Assembly (NCBI RefSeq): GCF_006345805.1
Contig: NC_043001.1
Location: 6,696,001-6,760,000 of the forward strand
Source of the DNA: Octopus sinensis
Taxonomy: Eukaryota
Direction of reading: 5' to 3'
Length of the DNA stretch: 64,000 bases
Below the pieces are notes generated by a model, which was not told the DNA's origin, did no database searches, and saw only the letters and a program-made list of their open reading frames with translations. Position numbers and translations under genes: made by a program. This document shows positions 25,735-37,842 of this stretch, one piece after another (positions within the stretch are counted from its first letter, which is position 1; each line of letters begins with the position of its first letter).

Positions 25735-26977
25735 GGAAGGCCAACTCTTGGTATGATAGCCATAAATACCAGAGTGTCATGTTCGTTGACACCACCCCTG
25801 GAGGTGAACTAGCGTACCGCTTTAGAAGGACCCTAGATAAACTTAAACTAAGAATTAAGGTTGTTGAAAAGCCAGGCAACCCTATCAGATCTATAATTGG
25901 TAGAAGCTATCCTTTTAGTAGAACTCTCTGTACGGATAACTATTGCACTGTATGTAGATTTAGCCCACAAGCGAACTGTAAAGCCAGAAATGTGGTCTAT
26001 AGTATAAGATGTAAGAGGGACGATGCAGTAACAAGACATAACATACGTAGCGGAAACTGCAAGAAGCATTGGTGAGCGGGTGAATGACATTGGAGACAAC
26101 TCAAGGAAGGTAAAAGCTCATCGATTCTGTACCAACACGCCGAACAAGAACACGGGGGATCAATCAATAACATAGAGATTAAGATATTGTCCACACATAG
26201 AACAGATGCAACAATTAGACAAATTACAGAAGCTACACATATAATAGAAAATAAACCTAGCCTGAATAGAAAACTAGAATGGAGCAATAGCGCACACCAC
26301 AATATATGACAATAGTGGATCCTGCAAACATAATAAATACCAGGTAATTAAAGAAATAGAAAGAAAATATCTATATATATGTATAGGTGTATATATATGT
26401 ATATGTATATGTTATATATGTGTGTATATATGTATATATATATATATATGTATATGTATATGTATGTATATATATATATGTATATGTATATATATTTTTT
26501 TTTTCGATTAGATTTATTATTATTATTACTAATATTGTTGTTATACATACATACAAGCATATGTAATGATAATAATGGGTGGATGTAAACACATGACAAA
26601 ATTAGACAAAAGCAACAACAACAAAAACAAAATACAAATTACAAGAATGTATATAACCAGAAGATACAAATATTACAGGCATCCCCCACACACCCACTAA
26701 ATAAACATAGACGCACATAGAATATAAGCATGCGCAAATGAAGACATACAATAGAAATACAAAATGGCTGACGGTAGTAAGGATAGCACAAGTAAGTGAG
26801 AAGAAAACAAAGGACCACTGATGCGGTCACAGGAGTGTGACGAAAGAACTTTGGCCGAAATAAGATTAAGATTAATGTAAAAAATAAATATCACTGAAGC
26901 AAAATAACACCAAATTATAGTGCGTATTTTTTTATTGGCTAAACTGGCAATATGACCATTCCGAAATATAACAATAT
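25735..26977 (+). mobile_element. 5'-truncated Penelope-like element with Cys-rich linker, frameshifted GIY-YIG endonuclease and 3' UTR
   Basis: Reads WYDSHKYQSVMFVDTTPGGELA, CTDNYCTVC..NCKARNVVYSIRC, YVAETARSIGERVND, then after a -1 shift HWRQLKEGKSSSILYQHAEQEHGG and RQITEATHI..KPSLNRKLEW. This fits PLE GIY-YIG domains (Neptune/Naiad type). Confidence 0.88.
26812..26856 (+). ncRNA. Hammerhead-like motif in the PLE 3' UTR
   Basis: GGACCA-CUGAUGC-G-GUCAC(AGGAGU)GUGAC-GAAA-GAACUU-UGGCC. A9 is changed to C in both arms. Confidence 0.5.
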
Positions 26978-27002
26978 ATATATATATTATATATATATAT
27001 AT

Positions 27003-27105
27003 TATACAAATATAAGAGAGTGTCCCTATTTGGTCGTCTCTTGCGCTAAAAATAGATCCGCTATGAGTCGACCACATAGTGGACACTCTCTTATATTTGT
27101 GTATA
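27003..27105. repeat. Fold-back with ~38-bp arms and a 24-nt loop
   Basis: TATACAAATATAAGAGAGTGTCCCTATTTGGTCGTCTC pairs with GAGTCGACCACATAGTGGACACTCTCTTATATTTGTGTATA. Confidence 0.8.
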
Positions 27106-27239
27106 AATTTTTATTGTAACCCTGGTTTCTATGCGCTAAGCCACTTTGTGTTAAATTGATGATATTATTAAATTAATATCCAATATTTTCACTCTTATTT
27201 TTGATATATTTATTTATATATATATATACACACACACAC

Positions 27240-27275
<36 letters not shown>

Positions 27276-27520
27276 GTGTGTGTTTGTGTATTTATTTGGC
27301 TCCAAAACAGAAACACATAATGTACCATCCGAAATACTACAATATATATCTATGTGTGTGTGTGTGTGTGTTTGTGTCTGCGTACCTATGTATATCGTGT
27401 TATTTCGTAAATCATAATTTATTCAATGATTGAGAACATTGAAAACAGCGTGGAATTATTTAGAGCCCTGTAATATTGATAGCTAAAAAGTAGTTGATGG
27501 ATGTATGGAAGGCGCTAATA

Positions 27521-28412
27521 TAGGTAATCTGATCAATAAGTATTAGGTATGTTGCCGTAGTAACGAAGCTAAAGCACACAGAATGGAGCTGCTTGGCACA
27601 AACTGAGCTTAAACATTGTTGTGCATGCGCACTATATATTGGCGTACTAGCTCACTTCCGCTCTTTCCAGCAGTGCTTGGAAGGAAAGTGTGTAGTGTGT
27701 GATCGTCGCATTGATAATGAGAGAGGAAGTTGAGCAGAGAATCTGCATCAAATTTTGACAACAGCTTGACGATACCTGCTCAGTGGTGTACGTAAAATTT
27801 TCAAAAAAATTGTCATCGTTCTTGACATAACCGAGGAGATCTCGTGCTCCTGAAACCCGAGTTTGGTTTGTTGAAAGCTGTTTTAGCACAAACTTGAAAG
27901 AGACCTGTTTCATATCCAAATCTTCAGCGATAATGGACTAAACTGAACCGCAATGAATTTCCACAGCTTCTGATAACTCACGGATGGTGATTCGAAGATT
28001 TCCTCTCAGAGCTGCAAGGCACGTCTGCAATGTTTTCCTCAGTCCTGCTGGCTGCAGGTCTCCCAGAACATTCGTCCATATCGACAATTTTCGGCGATCC
28101 TGGAAACGTCCGAACCACTGGCACACTCGTTTGCGGCTCATGCACTTTTTTCCATACACTTTCTGCAACATTGTGTAGGCCTCTCTGTCGATATCACCAT
28201 GACACTTTCTCTGTCACGGTCAATGCAACGATCACACGCTACACACCTTCCTACCAAACACTGATGTAAACAGCGAAAGTAAATTGGGACGTTAAAAGTA
28301 AACGCGCATGCGCAGCAGAGTTCAGGGTCAATTTTTTGCAAGTGGCTTCATTTTGCGTTCTTTAGCTTCGTTACTATGGCAACGGTCCTGATACACATTC
28401 ACAAGATTTCGT
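27521..28412 (-). mobile_element. Internally deleted mariner with ~200-bp imperfect inverted ends
   Basis: N-terminal HTH MLQKVYGKKCMSRKRVCQWFGRF, ITIRELSEAVEI, and DMKQVSFKFVLKQL. About 27521-27725 mirrors about 28210-28412 (both contain TTAGCTTCGTTACTA(C/T)GGCAAC). Confidence 0.82.
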
Positions 28413-28486
28413 GCAATATGACCAACCAACACTGTTTTACATTTAATTAAAGGAATAAATGCATTTTGTGTTTCCTTCGCGCATTA

Positions 28487-28665
28487 GACTGCGGTCATGC
28501 TGGAGCACTGCCTTGAAGAATTTTAGTTCAACGAACCAAATTCGATTACTTATTTATTGAAGATTGGTAACTAATCAAACTTTCGGTTTCACTGAACTAC
28601 TGAATCATGGTGAAGTCAAGTAACCAATGCCGATTGGACAAGCGCTGTTGGGGGACACACACAGA
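28487..28665 (-). mobile_element. Family C SINE 3' half, diverged
   Basis: GACTGCGGTCATGCTGGAGCAC...GACAAGCGCTGTTGGGGGACACAC. Confidence 0.7.
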
Positions 28666-28704
28666 GAAAAATCCCCACACATACACTCATACATTAACAT
28701 ATCT

Positions 28705-28775
28705 GCATCGGTGGTTCAGTGGAAGAATGCTCGCCTGCCACACGGGCGGCCCGGGTTCGTTTCCCGGCCGATGCA
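28705..28775 (+). tRNA. tRNA-Gly(GCC) variant or pseudogene
   Basis: 71-nt GCATCGG...CTGCCAC...CCGATGCA with a perfect acceptor stem, no encoded CCA, and T5 at 28788-28792. It deviates at the D-loop (GGAAG), the anticodon stem (C31-A39 mismatch) and the T-loop (TTCGTTT). Confidence 0.8.
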
Positions 28776-28794
28776 TTGTAAGCTTGATTTTTAT

Positions 28795-29241
28795 AGGCGT
28801 AGGAGTGGCAGTGTAGTAAGTAGCTTGCTTACCAACCACTTGGTTCCGGGCTCAGTCCTGCTGCGTGACACCTTGCGCAAGTGTATTCTACTATAGCCTC
28901 GGGCCGAGCAAAGCCTTGTGAGTGGATTTGGTAGACGGAAGCTAAGAAGCCCGTCGTATATATGTATAACATCAATTGTAACACCAGTGGTCTAGCATTT
29001 AAAAAAACTGAGATTCAGTAGATAGTATTTCATACACAAATATAAGAGGGGAATTTTTTAACCACAATGTGGAAACCCTTATCCTAGAAGAAGATCCGCT
29101 ATGGTCTCAACCACTAAGACTTTCTGGTGTGCTAAATTTTCTGGAGAACAATACATAGTAGTTGAGACCATAGCGAATCTTCTTCTAGCATAAGGGTTTC
29201 CACATAGGCGTTAAAAAAATCCCCTCTTATATATATATATA

Positions 29242-29282
<41 letters not shown>

Positions 29283-29475
29283 TATATCTGTGTTTGTCTT
29301 CCCCCAACATCGCTTGACAACCGATGCTGGTGTATTTTCCTCCCAGTAACTTAACGGTTCTGCAAAAGTAGTCAATAGAATAAGTACTAGTACAAAGTCC
29401 TGGAGGCGATTTGCTCGATTAAAGGCGGTACTCCAGCATGGCCACATTCAAATGACTGAAACAAATAAAAGAATA
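28795..29475 (+). mobile_element. Family C SINE interrupted by an insert at about 28965-29231
   Basis: Head and body at 28795-28964. The 3' part resumes after (TA)n(TG)n at about 29280-29475. Confidence 0.85.
29041..29231. mobile_element. Fold-back/MITE-like element with 71-bp arms and a 49-bp spacer
   Basis: 29041-29111 is the near reverse complement of 29161-29231, and both ends are TA. Confidence 0.8.
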
Positions 29476-29491
29476 AGAGAGTGTATGTATA

Positions 29492-29536
<45 letters not shown>

Positions 29537-29570
29537 ATACATACATATATATATATATATGTATATGTAT

Positions 29571-29642
29571 ATAGATAGATAGATAGATAGATAGATAGTT
29601 AGATAGATAGATAGATAGATAGATATATAGATAGATAGATAT

Positions 29643-29679
<37 letters not shown>
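29571..29679. repeat. (GATA)n microsatellite
   Basis: Seen directly. Confidence 0.95.
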
Positions 29680-29680
<1 letters not shown>

Positions 29681-30957
29681 GTGTGTATTTTTCCCTTGTT
29701 AACAATTTACACGGAAAAATAGATAAATAGTTACCAGGGTAGCAAAAATCACGTGTGTTGGAAGTAAAATTATTTGAATCACACCTGCGCTAACCCACAT
29801 ACTCACACATAAATGATAAACGAAACTAGAAATTGGATATATTGCTTCAGAAAAAAGTATTTTCTAACTTAATTACCTATGTATAAAATTTAAATATGTT
29901 CTGTAATAGGGTTCAAACCCATATGGATGTGGTTTGGCTTTGTCACGTGGACTACAAACTATGTCTTCAGATCTCGTGGCGCCAAACTACACATCAGAAA
30001 AAGTGTAGGCTGTGCAAAGGTTTACCGGAGGAGCTAAGTCCGTCTGTCGCTGTTTAATCGTCTTGTATCCATTTGGCTAACATTTGGATAATTGAAATAA
30101 TGTCTCCTTCTCATACGGACTACATTAGCTGACCCGCTTAAGTGTGGTACCAGACATGATGTCAGAACACTTCCGTTATTTCATAGGCGATAAAATCGAT
30201 CCTGAAATTTTAATGGTTATTAAATTGATCTAGAAAAGCAATAACGAATTCGACGGGATCGGAACGCAGTTCTTAAAACGGTGTAACAACTCGCATTTCA
30301 ATGATAGCATTTTAGTTTTATATAAATAACATAGCATTAATCAAAATTACCAATGTATTGTCCGATGCCATACATAAAGACAAAAATAGTAGATAATTTC
30401 AATAGAAACAACAATTTACTAGTCTTGAAACAAAATTCTCCGACAAAACCAAAGTGATTAACTTCAAGACAGCAATAACTAAGCGGTAAATTTCATGTAA
30501 TTAATAAATCAATAAATCCCATTTTGCTAATCTTTGATTATAGAAAGCCATTGAAGTATATTCTAGGAAGAGCAATAGATTTTTATGGAACGATATGGCT
30601 TTCATACACTTTCAATGAATGAGAAGATAGTAAATTTGGTTAAAATATCACTCATCTCCAATGAATATAAACTCTATGATACTAACAGTCTTCAGGAATA
30701 TATTACCGATAATTTCACTTTTATTTCCTGGAATATCTTAGAGAGATATAGAGGAACATATTCTCGATTAAGTGTAAATGCAAACATAAAATAAAACCAG
30801 AAAATATAATTGACACAAAAACAAAAACAAATATGTACGTGCATATAACTACGTTTGTACCAGTGTGTGAATATACACACATAGGCACAGACACAGAGAC
30901 AAACACACACAGACATATATGTATATATGTATGTATATATGTATGTATATATGTATG

Positions 30958-31006
<49 letters not shown>

Positions 31007-31244
31007 TATAATATGTACTTTGCAAGCTCGTGAGTGTATAGTGATAATTGGTGTCAGATGTATTCAATTAATATTTATACGCTTTCCGTGTCATCAATCT
31101 GTTTATTTATTATCGTTTATGGATAAATCATGTTAAGGTTTCTCTTCCGACATTATACTTCCGATTTCAATCACAGATTATTTCATTACCAGACAACTTT
31201 TAGAAAAACTTTAGAAATGTTGTAAATGCACATCCTTTTCTCTC

Positions 31245-31250
31245 TATATA

Positions 31251-31339
<89 letters not shown>

Positions 31340-31357
31340 GTATATATATATATATAT

Positions 31358-31392
<35 letters not shown>

Positions 31393-31485
31393 GTATATGT
31401 GAGTTTGTATGTGTGTATATGTATATATGTGTGTGCGTATATTTTTAGATATGTATATTATATATATATATACATATATACATAT

Positions 31486-31533
<48 letters not shown>
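31245..31533. repeat. Compound (AT)n microsatellite block
   Basis: Seen directly. It is one of dozens of (AT)n tracts in the window. Confidence 0.95.
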
Positions 31534-31537
<4 letters not shown>

Positions 31538-32413
31538 GTATATGTTAACTTCGTGAATGAATGGCTGCATTCAAGGAAATTCTGGTTCAATACATAGCAT
31601 TCTTGGGGAACGAAATTCCATTAAATCAAGAGGTATATATTGAGCGTATAGATTATATCCTGTTTAAAAAAAACACAAAATGGAGAGAAGGTAGTTGACA
31701 ATTATTTATATTTCTAAAAAATTGGTCATCTTTGTTTCTTACAGCCGTTTTAATTAATGCTCAATAATTCAGTTCCTCATTTGTACATTAAATTTGCATT
31801 TATGTGATGTGAGCATAATTTCATCCGAGAAAAAAAAAAGAAACGTGAAATGTTATATGTGGACTCTGCTGAAAGGAATTGATAAGTCCACATATAGCAA
31901 GCGAAAAGTTCAACATAGGACAGAAAAAGGTTCAGAGAAATTGCAAACCAAATGCATTTTTTTACTACCTTTATTTCTCCCTCGTTTTATTCACACACCT
32001 TCACTCAATATGACTGAATCTTTGATGATATTCATTTATTGTCGATCACTACTAAAACTAAGGTGATTTGTACATTCAAACAAATTTATATTAATATTAT
32101 TGACTGTTATGAACTGATCGAAATTTCCCAAACTCTTTTTCTAATTCATAATTTGGAATTTCTCTGTTATGAACTTTTTAATTTGTCAACATTCTAACAT
32201 TTAAAGATGTTTTTCTAATTCATAATTTTAATTTTTTACCATTGTTGTAGAAAGATAGTTTTGAAACTAGGTAGGTATATATATGTAACTAAATTTATTT
32301 TAAACGATAACAAGTTTTTTCAAATTTAGGTGCACTTTCAACAACAAAGTTGCCGATAATTTTTCCTGCGTGGAAACACATCCACTCTTTTGATATATAT
32401 ATATATATATATA

Positions 32414-32553
32414 TACGATTGGAGTCTTACAGTTTCCGTCAACCAAATCCATTCACCAGTCTCTGGTCGGCCCGAGGCTATAGAAGAAACCACTTATCCG
32501 GATATATAGGGATGGAAAGCAAACTGCTTAACACACAGTAAAGTTTACACCTA
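32414..32553 (-). mobile_element. Family C SINE 5' part, diverged and internally deleted
   Basis: CAGTTTCCGTCAACCAAATCCATTCAC...GGTCGGCCCGAGGCTATAG. Confidence 0.7.
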
Positions 32554-32638
32554 TATGTATGTATGTATGTATGTATCTGTCTGTCTCTTTCTCTCCCTAT
32601 ATAAATATACACAGATATATATATTTATATATATATAG

Positions 32639-32672
<34 letters not shown>

Positions 32673-32691
32673 TACGAACATATATACATAT

Positions 32692-32732
<41 letters not shown>

Positions 32733-33168
32733 ACATATGTTTATATATAATATATATATATATATATATGTATGTACGTACGTACGTATGTGTGTATGCA
32801 TGTGTGCGTGTCTGTATGTGTAAATACCCAATTATATTAGTCTGCACATAAAAATTCTAACGCAATCTCTCTTGATGTAAGTGGATATACATTAGTTATG
32901 TTTCAAAGATATTTCTTTCAATAGATTCGAATGACTTTAGAATATTGGCATCCATTAATTTCATGTTTATGGATGAATATATAGGAACTCTAATATATGA
33001 AAACCTAGATATGGGAATATACTTTCATTTTCACATTTACACTCATAAACGTATGCAGACACATCGCTGCATCAACTTTCCCAGTCCGCGCGTATTAAAT
33101 ATGAAGTTACTCATAACTGAAACGTAGTGGGAAATATATTCATTGACAGATCTACATCCACCTGCCTT

Positions 33169-33290
<122 letters not shown>

Positions 33291-33368
33291 GATCTATTCA
33301 ATCTATTTATATTTCTCTCTCTCTCTATTTCTCTCTGTGTGTTTGTCTTCCAGTCTCTGTCTGTCTCT

Positions 33369-33399
<31 letters not shown>

Positions 33400-33404
<5 letters not shown>

Positions 33405-33600
33405 AATCTCCCCATAAAAAAGACGAGAACAAACTAAAAATGCAACAACTTGAGGATGTAAAGTATTAGCAATCGCCCAGGGAAGGAAGAAAGGTAGCTT
33501 TAAGTTTAGAGCAAAGCTCTTCTTCAGAAACAGAAGAGAGTCCAATGGAAAAGGAAGACGGGCGAAGAAAATCGCCAACGATCAGATGTGGTTTTACAGA
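33400..33600 (-). mobile_element. Probable PLE pseudo-LTR fragment with decayed hammerhead at 33499-33530
   Basis: UUU-CUGAAGA-A-GAGC(UUU)GCUC-UAAA-CUU-AAA, abutting (AT)n. Confidence 0.5.
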
Positions 33601-33626
33601 AAATATGGTGTGAGGGAATAATATAG

Positions 33627-33667
<41 letters not shown>

Positions 33668-33866
33668 CTACGATAGAATATTAAATTTATATAAATACGA
33701 CAAGATCGTATTTATATAAACCGTATATATTTACTTTGTCATTATAATCACTGCGGTGATATTTTGACCATATCACACGAGGGGTCTAGGCGAGCAATTG
33801 AACTAGTCGTGTGCATACTTGCTTATATATGTATGTATACGTGCGTATATGTAAGTATTCATATGT

Positions 33867-33904
<38 letters not shown>

Positions 33905-34060
33905 TATGTATATTTGTATTTATGTAGTATTTTGTGTATATTCGGGGGTCTGGAATTATCCAATAATTTTTGCTAGTTTTTGTGCATCTTTTTCTACTCT
34001 CCTGGTTCTGTTTGAATATTTGATGTGGTTTTAGAGTCAAGTTTTGACTGCTATATCCAG

Positions 34061-34129
<69 letters not shown>

Positions 34130-34143
34130 CTGTGCAGATGTAG

Positions 34144-34174
<31 letters not shown>

Positions 34175-34483
34175 AATATATATATACACACATATATATT
34201 CACACTAACGTATATATTTTTGTGTACGTATGTACGCTCATGTCTCTTTAAGGAAGGTAAAATATGTGCATGTTTGTGCGACACCGTGGGTAAATTAGTG
34301 CACCATAAAGTAATTATGTTCTAATTATAAAAGTTTGAGTAATGCCTTTGATTTACAGTGTACTAAGACATAATATTACATAGGACTGAGAGACAAAGAA
34401 TTCCGAAAGTGCTAAAAAGACCGAAAGCACACCACATAGTAAAACAGCACCCCCGCAAAAAAACACACAGTCATACAAACATT

Positions 34484-34528
<45 letters not shown>

Positions 34529-34562
34529 TATATATATTTATTTATTTATACATAATATATAT

Positions 34563-34730
34563 ATGACAGACTTCTTTCACATTCCGCCTATCAATCACTC
34601 ACAAAGCTTTGGTCAGCCCGAGGCTATAGCAGAAGTCATTTGCCCAACAAGATGCCAAGCAGTGGGACTGAGCCCGGAACCATGTGGTTCGTAAGCAAGA
34701 TTCTTACCACACACCCACACCTGCGCCTAT
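34563..34730 (-). mobile_element. Family C SINE 5' half
   Basis: Reverse complement of the family C head and body. Confidence 0.85.
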
Positions 34731-34731
34731 G

Positions 34732-34765
<34 letters not shown>

Positions 34766-36472
34766 GACACACACATATATATATAGACACATCTATATAT
34801 ATATATATTATATTGGATAAAGATACTTAGGGCCAGTCTATGTGCTTATACTGGGTGTTACGTCCTTAAAGCCCTTAGGTTTACGGCGTTTCTTCACAGG
34901 CTAATGGAGGAAAGAAATCGTATTGCATTGACAAATGTGAAGGCTTATATAATATATATAACCCTTGCTACGAGGTCTGTACATATATATATTTCCACTA
35001 ACTGCATCTATTTGCAAATGTAAGTCCTTCGTCAGAAGGAGTCAGTGTTTCCGTCAGTGAGCAACGGTTCTTGAATGCGATATCGAACCACAAACGATGT
35101 TGCATCCATCTATTCATAATCTTAATATCTCTTTGTTTACAAAAAAAAAAAAGAAATATATGTAATAATAATAAAGACGCATGTTTTTTTCCAAAACAGT
35201 TTCTAAATATTATAAAATGATATTGTGTATTGTCTCGAGTTTTGTAGTGTGAGAATATGTACCGAAATTCTTTACACAAACTATTATCATATTCTTGCAG
35301 ATACAAAACAAATCACTTGTTTCTAAAGACAGATATATACATTGCAGTCTTTCCTGGGGGATTATGTAACAAAAAAAAAACGCTATGTAAATATTTCTGA
35401 AATGATACGCACAGAGCTGCTAAATGATATAATTGCTCTCGAGACACAGCATTCAAGTTTCAAGTGTATTTCAGTGCGTAAATATTGTTCCTTTTCTCAA
35501 AGCAAGAGAATTAAATTAAATATATCTAAAATGGTTGTACATCTGTGTAAGAATACACAGAGAGAAAAACACACAAAAGACTCCGGTACAGAAGCGCACA
35601 CTATGAGAGTTTAGTGGCTTTAAAAGCTACATACATAGACAAATATATGTACTTGAATACATACGTCTATGCCAGCGGATGTTCGTTCTCTAGACATTCA
35701 TTTCTTACATATGATACACATTCATAAGATACCCATTCTTATATGCACGCATGCACATGCACTCACATACACACACACACACATACACACATACACTCAC
35801 ATATATATGTATATGTATATATAAGAGTATAGAAATATGTACGCATCTGTCCTTTATCTCTTTCTGTGGAGTAAATGTACATTATACCAGTAGCCGTGAA
35901 AGTATATGTATGTATATGAAAGTAAAAGTATATATTTATTATAACAATGCGGGTTTTTGCAACAGGTTGCTAGACCACATACCGAAAGTATTAGAAATAG
36001 CAGCCAGACGACTGTTATTTCTTTTAGTACCCAAAATATGTCCCACAGACAACGGTATTTGTAACTCACTATGGCAGAAAAACAACGAAATCAATCAGTG
36101 TCCGGTCAATTATGGACGCATACGTTTCTGGATTAAAATAAGAGATTCATTTCCTTTTTCAACATAATATTCCGATAAATAAATCTGAAAATGCTAGGAA
36201 TTCTTACCACATATTCCGAACAGGCGACATCGGACATATAGAAGGTGACCAGCATATCAACATTTATATAGACAAGTGAATTCGTAGTTCCGTCTTAGGG
36301 GAATAAAATAATCAATACATATATATATATTATATATATACACACACACATACAAACACACACACACACATATATATATATATATCATATATATTATATA
36401 TATAGTATATAATATATATATGCATGCATGCATATGTTATCTAAATATATAATATATATATATATATATATA

Positions 36473-36525
<53 letters not shown>

Positions 36526-36529
<4 letters not shown>

Positions 36530-36990
36530 CGGGAAGCTTTATGAAAATAGACAAAAGACGAAGGCAGGTGGAAAGACAAAGAAACAATTGTATTAGTATG
36601 GCGCTCAGGAAATATAAATAAAACAAGTCTTTAACGTTTCGAGCCTACGCTCTTCAACAGAAAGATACACAGAGAGAAAAAAAACACAGAAACAAGGAGA
36701 GAAAAAAATGCATGCAATAACTAACGAATCAACATGGCGATCAGATTTCGGCCAGAGGTCAAAGATCAAACATAAGACGCGAGAGCGAAATAAGGGGAGA
36801 TACTAGGGTTGATAATAGGGTTGAATGACCAGCTATTAGTGCGCAGGAGGGGTCTGGACGTGTGCATGTATAGGGTTGGTGTATGTATTAGTATGTATTA
36901 GTATGTATAAGGGTGTGTGTGTGTGTGTGTGTGTGTATGAGAGAGTATTAGTGCGTAGGATAGGTCTGGACGTGCGTAGGGAGACCTCAG
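36526..36990 (-). mobile_element. Probable PLE pseudo-LTR fragment between (AT)n tracts
   Basis: Contains the best-formed hammerhead motif in the window (36628-36665) and is bounded by (AT)n on both sides. Confidence 0.55.
36628..36665 (-). ncRNA. Minimal type-I hammerhead ribozyme-like motif
   Basis: UCUUU-CUGUUGA-A-GAGC(GUAG)GCUC-GAAA-CGU-U-AAAGA. Stems I and II are perfect, stem III is the palindrome AACGUU, and there is a single core change, A6U. Confidence 0.7.
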
Positions 36991-37007
36991 TGGACAACAA
37001 TATTCAA

Positions 37008-37054
<47 letters not shown>

Positions 37055-37083
37055 ATATATATAATATATATGTATATATGTAT

Positions 37084-37763
37084 ACTTTGATACTTTGATA
37101 CTTTGATAGGTTTCGGCCATATTGGCCCAGGCCATGTCTAACTTAATAGCACCACCTGGTGAAGTCTTTCAAGTCAGAATTTGGGCACTATGGCCCACTC
37201 AAGTAGAGAGTTATTTTACAGAGACATATCCGGGTGTAGGGGTTTATTCCGGATTCTTGAAGGAATCTGTCAAAGACTTCTTGAACCCTATAGGGTCAGT
37301 TTCTGTTTTAATGTGTTTTGGTTGTAGGTAATGTAAAGAGAGCGGGGCCAATTGAGGTGAAATAATTGTGCCGTATTGTTGTTATGAGTGAGAGAGTGCG
37401 ATTTTTGTTTTGGGCGGATGGCACGGGGCCAAGCCTGGATGTACCTTAAAGGTGATGCCAACATCATTTGGGCAATGCTGATGGAATATTTTCCACATCA
37501 TGCAGATGATGTAGCGCTCACGACGACGTTGGAGAGAATAGAGTTTTAGCTTTTCTAGTCGACCCCAATAGGCGAGGCCTGTCATGCCATCTATCTTTTT
37601 TGTGATTGCCTTTGAGGTGCTTCAACTTTTATGATACCTTGTATTGTGTGGGGAGACCACAGGGACAACAGTATTCAGGTGGGGTCGGGCAAAAGTGGAG
37701 AAGAGAAGGATAATGGTGTGGATATCTCCGACTGGAAGTTCTGAGAATCCAGAAACACATTTA
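37084..37763 (-). mobile_element. 5'-truncated LINE of the CR1/L2/Jockey group with an (ATCAAAGT)3 tail
   Basis: Reads LFSTFARPHL and YWGRLEKLKLYSLQRRRERYIICMMWKIFHQHCPNDVGITFKVHP. Its 3' UTR is shared with 10615-11830. Confidence 0.9.
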
Positions 37764-37795
37764 ATATGTATATATATATATATATGTATATATAT

Positions 37796-37842
<47 letters not shown>

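Noticed and set aside
25779-26310. Selenoprotein-type (Naiad) PLE
   Set aside because: No in-frame TGA occurs at the Cys positions in the surviving fragment, and I recognised no SECIS.
33686-33720. 15-bp-arm palindrome TTTATATAAATACGA-CAAGA-TCGTATTTATATAAA
   Set aside because: The arms are mostly low-complexity AT next to (AT)n, so chance or slippage cannot be excluded.
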